The notes below the pieces were generated by a model. The model made no database searches, was not told where the DNA came from, and was given only the letters and a program-made list of their open reading frames with translations. Positions 28,505 through 38,200 of a stretch of DNA of 64,000 bases are shown in pieces. The stretch is from Rhodothermales bacterium. Its GTDB lineage: Bacteria; Bacteroidota; Rhodothermia; Rhodothermales; UBA10348. Within the stretch, counting starts at the first letter, position 1, and the number at the start of each line of letters is the position of its first letter. Location of the stretch: the NCBI GenBank assembly GCA_028284865.1, contig JANQQV010000012.1, positions 8,886 through 72,885 on the forward strand. Direction: 5' to 3'. The translations under genes were made by a program, and so were the position numbers.

Positions 28505-28872
28505 CCGCTACACCACAGGAAACCCTGTGTTTTCTGACCTGATTTGATGTGATTCCGGGGTTGTCGCGGGGGCTTCAGGACACGCCCGCGCTATCTCAGA
28601 AAAGATACGAAAAAATGCCCTCTGGACCAAGCAAATAGAGGGATGTTGATTACTCTGTAAAACCAAGAGACGCAACGAGTTATATGGCCTCGGAAGAATT
28701 CCATTCATCTGCGGGAAAAAGGGGCTCAGACTGACCTCAAAACCACGCCTTTTCAAGACGAAGATGCCGTGAAACCCGTGACGTTTTCCCGTTGGTCGAC
28801 GGCACTCCTGAAACCAGGCCTCGTCTTCCCGTACAGAGGCATGAACTTTTTCCACTACTGCCTCGATTCTTG

Positions 28873-31140
28873 ATGCGATTCTTTACCCGGATCATCCGCG
28901 TCCCGCTCCTCGTCCTGACTCTGTTGATCGCAGGGTTCGCGCCATCTGCAATGGCTCAGGAGGCTTCCATCAGCGGCTTCGTGAGAGACGCCGATACTGG
29001 CGAAACACTCCTGCTGGCCAATGTCCGGATCAAGGACACGCTCATCGGTGCCGCCACGAACACCAGTGGATACTATGCCCTGACGGGACTCGAGCCTGGC
29101 GACTACGTGGTTCAGTTCTCCTACATCGGCTATCAGCCGCTCGAACTGTCCATCACACTTGCTCCCGGTGAGTCGCTTCGACGCGATGTAGACCTTCTGC
29201 CGCAGGAGTTCGAGGTGGACGAAGTGGTCGTGACCGCCGACGCAGACACCGAAGAAGAACAGCGGCAGCTGGGTGTGAGCCGCATGCCTACGGCGACCAT
29301 TCGGCAATTGCCCACGGTTCTCGAACCTGACGTATTCCGCTCTCTGCAGCTCCTGCCGGGTGTCAAGTCGGCCTCTGACTTCTCGAGCGGTCTGTACATC
29401 CGGGGTGGAAGCCCGGATCAGACCCTGATTTTGCTGGATCGTACCACGGTCTACAACCCGACCCACTTCTTCGGCCTCTTCTCCACGTTCAACCCGGACG
29501 CCATCAAGGATGTGCGGCTTTACAAGGGCGCGTACGGCGCTGAATATGGCGGCCGGATCGGCTCCGTAGTCGACATCTACAACAAGGACGGTAACCGTCG
29601 TGAGAACGCCGGGTCTGTTTCCGTTGGCCTCCTGGCCTCCCGCGCCCTGGTTGAAGGCCCTCACAAGAGAGGATCATGGATGTTGGCTGTCCGACGCTCT
29701 ACGGTGGAGCCACTGCTCGCCATCGCCCGCAACCAGGATGTGGAAGGCATTCCCAACACATTCTATTTCTATGACGCGAACGGAAAGGTGAACGTCGACA
29801 TCAACCAGGACAACCGCCTTTCGCTGTCCTTCTACTCCGGACAGGATGTGGTCGACGTTCCGATTGCCGATCAAGTAAGTGCCCGGCTCCGCTACGGCAA
29901 CCGAACCCTCAGCACAAACTGGACCCACCTGTTTTCGGATCGCCTCTTTTCCAACTTCACCGTCACCGGGTCCCACTACTTCAGCAAGCCTGAATTCGAG
30001 TTTGCTACCACTGATGTCTTCCAGACAAACGATGTCTGGGATTACTCGGTCAAGGGTGACTTCGAGTACATCCCGGACTCACGCAATCAGTTCAAAGCGG
30101 GCTTCTGGATGGGGAATTACCGCTTCGACTTCCGCAGCGTCTTTGATGGCCTCGAAGGGCTGAATCTGAAAACGCGCGCCATCTACACGAACCTGTTCGG
30201 CGAATACATCTTCCGACCAACAGCGTCCTGGACCATCACTTCCGGGTTGCGCGGTGCGTACTTCTCCGATGGTGATTACGTGCGTGTCGAACCCCGCCTC
30301 GCTGTCGAGCGTCGGGTGACGGACAAGTTGTTTGCCCAGGTCGGCATGGGACGTTATCACCAGTTCCTGACTCTGGTCACGAATGAGGCCTTCTCGGGCC
30401 TGGATACGTGGCTCTCCGCCGCCGAAAACGTGAGCCCAGCGTTCGGCGACCAGATCGTGACAGGACTCAAGTACACGAGCGACGCCGGATTCCGAATCGA
30501 GTGGGAAGGCTACTATCGCACGATGCGCGATCTGTTCTCCCTCAACCCTTTCCTGCCCGATGTGGCCGGTCTGGAGTACGAGGAGCTCTTTCACTTCGGG
30601 GAAGGGTATGCCACGGGTAGCGAGGTCTTCATCCAGGGATCCATTGGTCCGTTTTCTGGCTTTGCCGGATACACGTTCGGTGTAACGAAGCGTCGCTTCC
30701 CGACGATCAACGAGAATCAATACTACGCGCCGAAGTACGACCGGACGCACGATCTGAATGTGACGACGAACGCCCGATTGTCGTCGAAATGGACATTCAC
30801 ATCGGTCTTCACGTATGCCACCGGTCAGGCATACACTCGCCCATCCTCGCAATACCGACTCGGAAATTCACCCTTCGAGGCGCAGCAGACCGAGGTACTG
30901 GTGTCGCCGTTCAACGGGGCTCGGCTGCCGGCCTACCACCGTCTGGACATCGGATTCACGCGCAAAGGATCGCTGTTCGGGGCGGAGTCAGAGTGGCAGT
31001 TCCAGGTCATCAACGCCTATAACCGCCGCAACATCTGGTTCTATTTCTACGAGTTCGAAGGCGATGGCGATGTAAGCCGGGAGGTTGTCCCCCAGATCCC
31101 GGTGCCTGTTCCGAATATCTCCTACACACTTCGATTCTGA
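28873..31140 (+). CDS. TonB-dependent receptor-like outer-membrane protein with N-terminal carboxypeptidase-regulatory-like domain
   Basis: ORF trimmed to the ATG at 28873. It has a signal peptide ending AMAQE, then ISGFVRDADTGETLLLANVRIKD...TNTSGYYALTGLEPGDYVVQFSYIGY, a plug region (DEVVVTAD, RGGSPDQTLILLD) and a long barrel ending YTLRF. Confidence 0.8.
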   Translation: MRFFTRIIRVPLLVLTLLIAGFAPSAMAQEASISGFVRDADTGETLLLANVRIKDTLIGAATNTSGYYALTGLEPGDYVVQFSYIGYQPLELSITLAPGESLRRDVDLLPQEFEVDEVVVTADADTEEEQRQLGVSRMPTATIRQLPTVLEPDVFRSLQLLPGVKSASDFSSGLYIRGGSPDQTLILLDRTTVYNPTHFFGLFSTFNPDAIKDVRLYKGAYGAEYGGRIGSVVDIYNKDGNRRENAGSVSVGLLASRALVEGPHKRGSWMLAVRRSTVEPLLAIARNQDVEGIPNTFYFYDANGKVNVDINQDNRLSLSFYSGQDVVDVPIADQVSARLRYGNRTLSTNWTHLFSDRLFSNFTVTGSHYFSKPEFEFATTDVFQTNDVWDYSVKGDFEYIPDSRNQFKAGFWMGNYRFDFRSVFDGLEGLNLKTRAIYTNLFGEYIFRPTASWTITSGLRGAYFSDGDYVRVEPRLAVERRVTDKLFAQVGMGRYHQFLTLVTNEAFSGLDTWLSAAENVSPAFGDQIVTGLKYTSDAGFRIEWEGYYRTMRDLFSLNPFLPDVAGLEYEELFHFGEGYATGSEVFIQGSIGPFSGFAGYTFGVTKRRFPTINENQYYAPKYDRTHDLNVTTNARLSSKWTFTSVFTYATGQAYTRPSSQYRLGNSPFEAQQTEVLVSPFNGARLPAYHRLDIGFTRKGSLFGAESEWQFQVINAYNRRNIWFYFYEFEGDGDVSREVVPQIPVPVPNISYTLRF

Positions 31141-31147
31141 GCGGGTA

Positions 31148-32143
31148 ATGATGATGAAGCGCACGAAAACGACACTGAAATCCGTGAAACGGAGCATTTC
31201 GATGAGATATACTGGATTGGCCCTGGTGGCCCTGATGCTGATGGTGGCCGGCTGCGATACAACCAGCCCGTCGACCCACGAAGAAGAGATGATCGTCGAG
31301 GCATATCTGGTGGCAGGTGAATCACTGCCATCGATCTGGCTGACCCGAAGCCTGGATATCGATGCCGTATGGTCAGAACAGGCCGCTTCGATCAATGATG
31401 CTTCAGTCCGTCTCGAGCTGTTGGCTGCTGATGGTAGTGTGGAGGGCGTATTCCCTTATACCCGGTCCATCCAGGGCTCCGGACAATACGTCCCGCAGGA
31501 CCCGCATACGGTCCTGCCTCAGCGACGCTATCGGTTGGCTGCAGATGCCCCTGGACTTCCTTCGATCACTTCGGAAACGCTCGTGCCGGAGCAATTTGAA
31601 CTACTCGACATCAGTCATTCGACTATCGAGTACCTGGATCCTGAGCAGTTCTCGTTCCTGGTCACCCAGAGTGAGTTTGCCGATCGCCAGTCGATTTTCG
31701 TCTTCACTATCGCGAATGAGCAGGCGGAAGCCGACAATCTGGTGACGGCGTACGTGGATCTGATTTTCGATCAGGACGAACGGGAAAGCGGAGAGCCGCT
31801 GGTCCTCAACGATGAAGACCGCCTTGAGCTGCAGCGCTTCACGTCTCCGCCCATCAACGAGGCCAACTACGACGTACTGCCAGACGGAACGCTTCGCGTC
31901 CGTCTGCCCTGGTTTGCTGTCATCTTCTACGGTGAGAACGAAATCACCATGAGCGTATTGGACGACAACCTGTACGACTTCCAGCGCTATCAGCAGGTTC
32001 AGCAGAACGGCGGCTTGCTTTCGCCAGGCGAGATTCCCAATGTGCTGGATCCGATCCAGGGCGGTGCCGGCATCTTCGGTAGCATGGCCCGGGTCAGCAG
32101 CGTTGTGACCATCGTACCGGAAGGTTCAACGACCGGCAACTAG
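31148..32143 (+). CDS. DUF4249-like lipoprotein (usual partner of this receptor type)
   Basis: It has a lipobox (MLMVAGC) and lies 7 nt after the receptor stop. The pattern EEEMIVEAYLVAGESLPSIWLTRS resembles DUF4249 N-termini, recalled from memory. Confidence 0.6.
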   Translation: MMMKRTKTTLKSVKRSISMRYTGLALVALMLMVAGCDTTSPSTHEEEMIVEAYLVAGESLPSIWLTRSLDIDAVWSEQAASINDASVRLELLAADGSVEGVFPYTRSIQGSGQYVPQDPHTVLPQRRYRLAADAPGLPSITSETLVPEQFELLDISHSTIEYLDPEQFSFLVTQSEFADRQSIFVFTIANEQAEADNLVTAYVDLIFDQDERESGEPLVLNDEDRLELQRFTSPPINEANYDVLPDGTLRVRLPWFAVIFYGENEITMSVLDDNLYDFQRYQQVQQNGGLLSPGEIPNVLDPIQGGAGIFGSMARVSSVVTIVPEGSTTGN

Positions 32144-32191
32144 CTCGAACTGGAAGGCCGATTTATCCCGAATTGAGACGATTCGGACGCT

Positions 32192-32206
32192 TGGCACAGG
32201 ATTTGG
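32192..32206 (+). promoter_or_regulatory. weak sigma-54-like element TGGCACAGGATTTGG
   Basis: The -24 TGGCAC is perfect, but the -12 reads TTGG instead of TTGC. It is about 70 nt upstream of the giant gene ATG. Confidence 0.2.
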
Positions 32207-32274
32207 ACATCTGAGTCGCACCAAACGGTGCATTTCTGTCAAAACAGCCTCAGCAGGCTGGATTGGCCTATTTG

Positions 32275-35200
32275 ATGCGACTCAGCTCTTCGGCACATAT
32301 CGCCCGATGGAGCCGGCAGCTGGTGCTGCTGGCTTTTGTCTCATTTCTGCTTGGATTCTGGTCCAAAGTGGCGATGGGGCAAAACATCACCCTTCAACCT
32401 CCGGAAGTGGAGCGGGAAGGAGTGGTCCGGACGTCCGTCCTGTTCGGCTCTTCGGACGTCGTCACGCTCCGATGGGAGGAAGCGACCCAGGGCTTGACGT
32501 TTCGTGTAGGACTTGAGCCAGGAGAGTACGGATTCACGTCATTCACCATGCGTGGAACGACGCGTTCTCAGTTTGCTCCGGAAGTGGTAGGATTGCCGCC
32601 AGGAGTGTACTACGGGATCCTCACGAATTCGGCGGAGCGGACGTTTACCGAGATCCAGATCGACGCCTCCACCGATCCGGACATTCGATATTCGCGCGAG
32701 ATCCGGTTTGCTGTCGAGACCGAACAGACACCGCGCATCCTGGCGCCGCAGAACACGATTTCCGAGCAGGTACCCACGTTTCGTTGGGAGTCCGTGCCCG
32801 GCGTCACAGCCTATGCGCTTGTGGTCTCGTCGACGCCATTCACGGTCACCAGTCGTAGTGCGCAGTTGTCCGAAGTCAATGGACTCGCTCCAACATGGGT
32901 TCATTTTACTACCGAAACCAGCGCCCGCTACGGCGAACCGTCTGAATCCAATCCGCTGGCACAGTTCGCTGCCTCATCCCTCGTTCCGGGACGCATCTAC
33001 TACTATGCAGTTTTCAATGCATACAGCGCGTCGGATCCGGCATTCCTGAGTGTTCAGGCCGGGGGTGTTTCGTCATTCACATTGGAGAATCGCGGGGCAC
33101 TGGATACACCCTTCCTGACATCACCCTCGGAAGGGCAGACCGTTTCAGCGGGACAATCTGTTATCCTGGAGTGGGATGCAGTCCCGGGCGCGTTGTCTTA
33201 CGATGTTGTGCTGTTTGAACGCCTCGAAACCGCAGATGCGATCTCGGATCTGCAGGTATTTGCTTCCAACACGTCCAACACGTCGATCACGCTGTTTGCC
33301 CGCGAAGTCCTGAGACGCGGAAACTATCGGTGGTTCGTGATTGCGAACGATCGGGAGGGCGCTGCCAGTGTAAGCGAGACCGGCTCCTTCCGATTTGACA
33401 CGCCGATGGGGCGGTTCTCTGCCGTCACGCTTTCCGGATCAGATGGTGAGCAGTTGATCGGTGCGCCCATCATGGTTCGATCCACGGATGGCGGATTCAG
33501 TCCGATCAATCCGTTTGTCGAGGCCTTCAGCTCCATCGTTGCCGATTCGCTCTCGATCGGAAACTATGCGTTTACGGCCTCCAAGGATGGATTCTCGGAC
33601 GTCACGGTTTCGGTGGAGATTCGGGAGAACGAACTCACGCAGGTAGCCCTTCCATTGCAGCCCCTGCCTTCGCGAATCATCGGTCAGGTGGTGGATGGCG
33701 ACGGGGCGCCGGTGGTCAGCGCCGACGTCCAGTTCGAGGACATCGTCTCAAGCGAGATGTTTGAGGCGACGACGGACGCCAACGGAGTGTTCTCCCGGGA
33801 TCTGGTTGCCGGGACCTACGAAATCCAGGTGACGAAGGCGGGATTCCGTCCGGCGTCGCCGATTACGGTGACGGTGGCGGAGAACCAAACCCTGGTTCTT
33901 CCGATCGCCATCATCATCATCGACGATGAAGTGAGCGTCTCAGGACGGGTGATCAACCAGGACGGGATTGCGGTGCCTCAGGCTCGTGTTCTGGCCGTCT
34001 CTGGAAGTTTGTCGCTTGAGACTGTGACTGATGGTAGCGGTCAATGGAATCTGGAGTTGAGTGAAGGCTCATGGGAGATCTCCACCTCCAAAGAGGGTTT
34101 CCTCAGTTCATTGCCGCGATCGTTTTCATTCCGGGCAGGGGATGTCTTTTCGAATATCAACTTTGTTCTTGTTCAACAGGCCAGCCGGATAGAGGGAACG
34201 GTTCAAGGGCATAGAACCGATGCGGATGGTTCGCTGGATGTGTTTCCGTTGGGAGATGCTACCGTTACGGCCTGGCCGCTGGCTGGCGAAGCAGTATCCA
34301 CAACGACGGACAGTCAAGGGCGATTCCTGCTGGATCTTGGAACGGGAGCGTATCGGGTATCCGCCAGCGCGCCGGGCTACGACCCGAATGGGACATTTGA
34401 CTTCGTATTGGATGCCAACGAGACCATCCGGGATGTCCGCTTCAGGCTGGAAGAATGGACCTCAACGGTATTTGGATCCGTCATTGACGGCACTGGAAAC
34501 CGGGTAGATGATGCCCTGATCACGACCTCAGGAGGAGGAGAGACGACTTCTGTCGGAGGAGCATTCGCATTGCCGGTTCCGGTGGGACGACAAGAGCTGC
34601 GGGCCCTGCATCCTGACTATGTGGAATCCGACGCCGTCACGGTCGCGCCGTCTGCCAACGAGCAGATCACCGGCGTGCAGCTGATGCTGTTCGAAAACGC
34701 CGCCCGTCTTTCCGGCGTGGCCCAGACGGCGCGTGGGCCGGTTTCCGGTCTGACCGTTGTTGCCTCCCAGGGACCGGATGTGTTCGAAACGAAAACCGGC
34801 CCCGATGGCTCGTACGCTTTCCAACTTCCGTCAGGGCTCTGGGAGATCGCCATCGTCAGTGACCGCTATCGGCTTGCCGATCCCGTCGTGCTGCCGCTTC
34901 GATCAGGTGCCAGGGCCGGTGGGGTAACGCTATCCCTTGTTCCGGACTATGTCCTCATGACCGGATTCATCTCGAGTGGTAGCCGGCCGCTTGAAGGCGT
35001 TCGCCTGGCCTTCGAAGACCTGAACGAGTCAACGGGCCGACCGCTCACACTGACGACCCAGACCGCCGCAGATGGTTCGTATGCCCTCATCATCGGCGCG
35101 CTGACCACGTATCGACTTCGTATCGATTCGCCTGGATACGAAACATTTTTCCACACGTTTACCTCGCCGGTCGCCGATGAGGAAATCGGATTCGATGCCG

Positions 35201-38200
35201 CGTTGAAGCCGTCCATCTCGGTTTTGAGTGGACGGGTGATCCGGCAAGGAGGAGGCCCGGTTGCAGGTTCGGTCATTGAGGCCCGGATAGGCTCCAATAC
35301 GCTTTTTTCTTCCGAATCTGCATTTGATGGTTCTTTTTCGATGAGTGTCGAGGCGGGCGCTTATCAACTACACACGGAAGCCATTGGCTTCGAATCGACT
35401 TCGATTCCAGTGCAGGTCGCTGCCGGACAGCAATTGGAAGGTCTGACGATTTCACTGCAACCGTCGACCGGAAACCTGACGGTCTCCGTGATCAACCCGC
35501 TGGGCGGAGTGCCCGTTGCCGGCGCGAATCTCCTGATGGAAGGTCCCACGGTTCGATCGGCCTCGACAGACGAATCCGGCAACGCATCCCTTTCTTCGCT
35601 TCCGCCTGGTTCCTATCAGATCACGGTTCAAGCCCCTGGATTCCAGCGGATCACACGAACGATCCCAATCACTGCCAGGACCACGGCCTCGGAGCGATTC
35701 ATCCTGATACCCGCTCAGGGAGTCGTTTCAGGCAGCATTCGAGACGCTGCCACTGGAGGCGGCCTGACGGGTGCGACGGTCCGGCTCACGGGAGTTGGAG
35801 TGGACCGCAAAGTGACCACGGATGACGCGGGCAGCTACGTTTTCTCAGCCGTTCCGATCGGGACCTATGCCATCGAAGCCCAACGATCCGGCTATGGTCC
35901 GGCGCCATCGGTCGCGGCCCAGGTCACCGCAGCCACGCCAGGATTCACGGCAGCCGATATCAGATTGACGCGGGCCGACGGGCGTATTGAAGGGACCGTG
36001 ACCGGCGCAAGCGGCATCGGATTGCTCTCCGGTGTGGATGTCGTTGCACGGTCAACCAGTGGATCCATCAGTTCGAGAAGCAGAAGTGACGGTACGTATT
36101 CATTGACAGGACTCGCGTCCGGATCCTGGACTGTATCGGCCGCAATTGAGGGGTTCCGGGGCAGCCCTGTCGCCGTCGAAGTGATCTCCGGCCAAACGTC
36201 GTCGGGTAATCTTGTTCTCAATCCCAACGCGGGTTCACTGCGTGGCAGGATTCGGGCGGCAGGAGGGAGTGCGCTTCCATTCGACGTCTCCATGGAAATC
36301 CTCACGCTGCAGGAATCCGATCAAACATTCTCGTCAGCTGAAGGAGATTTCTCTTTTGATGGGCTACCCATTGGCGAGCCGTTCATCCTGCGATCGCGCA
36401 TGCAGCGTGAAGGCTATCAGGACGTTGAGCGTACGGTGACGATCCCAGCCACCGGTCAACTGGATGTTGGAACCATCTCAGTCCAACTGAAGGATGCCAC
36501 ACTGATAGGTAATACAGGGACCGGCGGTGCCACCATCACGCTTCAGGATCTGGTATCCGGCAGGTCTGTCGCTGTTGTGACGGCCTCGTCAACAGGCTCT
36601 TATGAACTGTCCAACATGACGCCCGGTGCCTATTTGGTGGTGCCATCCCACCCCGGATTCCAGTTCACTCCTGCCAACCGAACGGTTGTGCTTCAAAATG
36701 GCGTTGATGTAGAAGCCTCTTTCTCTGCGACTGCTTCAGTAGGAATCGTCCAAATCGCCGTGAGGCGCTCAACCGGTGAAGGCGTTCCAGGCATCCAGGT
36801 CCGCGTAGCCAGTCTGGATCGAAGCATCGACGAATTGTTCACCAGTGATGTGAACGGATTGGTTCTGCCTTCAGCATTGCCGCTCGGTCTACGATATCGC
36901 GTGGAGCCCGTGTCGATCGGTTTCCAATTCGACCCGGAAGCCACTCAAATCGATCTCGCGGCCTCAAACCAGGCCTCGATATCATTTGTGGTTCGCGAGG
37001 TGAATGCCTTCCTCTCGGGAACGGTTCGTTCAACCGGTGGAGCTCCTATTGCAGACGCCCAAGTAGTCGCCTTCCAGTCGGCCACGGTGCGCTATTCCAC
37101 TGTCTCTGCATCGGATGGATCGTATCAACTGGGTCCGATGGCTGGTGGAAACTACGCCGTCAGCGCCTCGCGACTCGGATTCGTCGACGCCAGTCGGAAT
37201 GTAACGCTGGCCTCCAATCAGCAGCTGGAAAACGTGGATCTGGCGCTGGCACCGCAGAGTGTGACCATAGCTGGGCGTGTACTTCGAGCCGGGGCTCCGG
37301 TCCCGGGGCTCACTGTCCGATTGGCGCGGCCCATCGCGGCGGAAGTCGTGACTGATGCAAATGGGCTGTACATCTTTGAGAACGTTCCGGTGGAAACCGG
37401 CCAGACTACGGTCGCAGAAGTCGCCGTGGATCGATCAGGTCGCTCAGCATTGGTTCGGACCTTGTCGTACGGAGCCACGGATGTCGGTTCGACGCTCATA
37501 GTCCCGGATTTTGTGTTGTCCAGTGGTCGAATCCGCATTACCGCTTCGGATGGCGTGAACCCGGTACCGGATCTTCGACTGGATGTCCAAGGACCAGAGG
37601 GCAGGGTTTTGTCCATTGTCACTGCTGAGGACGGGACTGCCACCACCGAAGCGGATCTGGACACCGGCGAATACCTGGTCACGCCAGTCAATTCCAAACG
37701 GTTGCTCCCGCCCGAAGCGATTCGCCGGGTCAGCATTCCAAACCCTGATGCGGACGTGAGCGCCACGTTGGTTTTGCCCTACCAGCATGTTGCTCCGGAA
37801 TTCGTGCGGAGTGATGAACCGCTTCGCCTGGTGGTCACTTTTCCGGATGGCCAATTCGATACGACGCTGGGTTTTTTCGTGGAGTTTACCCTGAATGGCG
37901 ATGACCCGGTCAACCAGCCGCTTTCATTGGTCAATGGCGAATTGGTTGCCACATTGCCAGCACCCGGAGAATTGGAGATCACCTATCGCATCGTGGCACA
38001 TTCGACGGGTGGTGGTCTGGCTTATCAGACATCAGTTTTCCGATACACACCGATCGTTGCAGGTCGGCTCCAGAATCTGGTTTTACAGCCAGACCCGCAC
38101 AATACGCAGCTTCGCACGGGCTCTTCCTATACAGTCCAGCTGCAGATCCGGGATGGCCTGGGCGAGGATTTGACAGCGGCAGTCCTCCAAAGCGGCTCTG

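Noticed and set aside
28505-28872. Possible cobalamin or other riboswitch upstream of the TonB-dependent receptor, and the small hairpin CACAGG-aaac-CCTGTG at 28513-28528
   Set aside because: There is no B12-box-like sequence. The stems are short (5-6 bp) with large loops and are expected by chance in 368 nt. The hairpin lies in the gyrA 5' region on the opposite strand.
28855-30852. 269-aa and 257-aa - strand ORFs (28855-29664 and 30079-30852)
   Set aside because: They are antisense to the TonB-dependent receptor gene, are Arg-rich and have no motifs.
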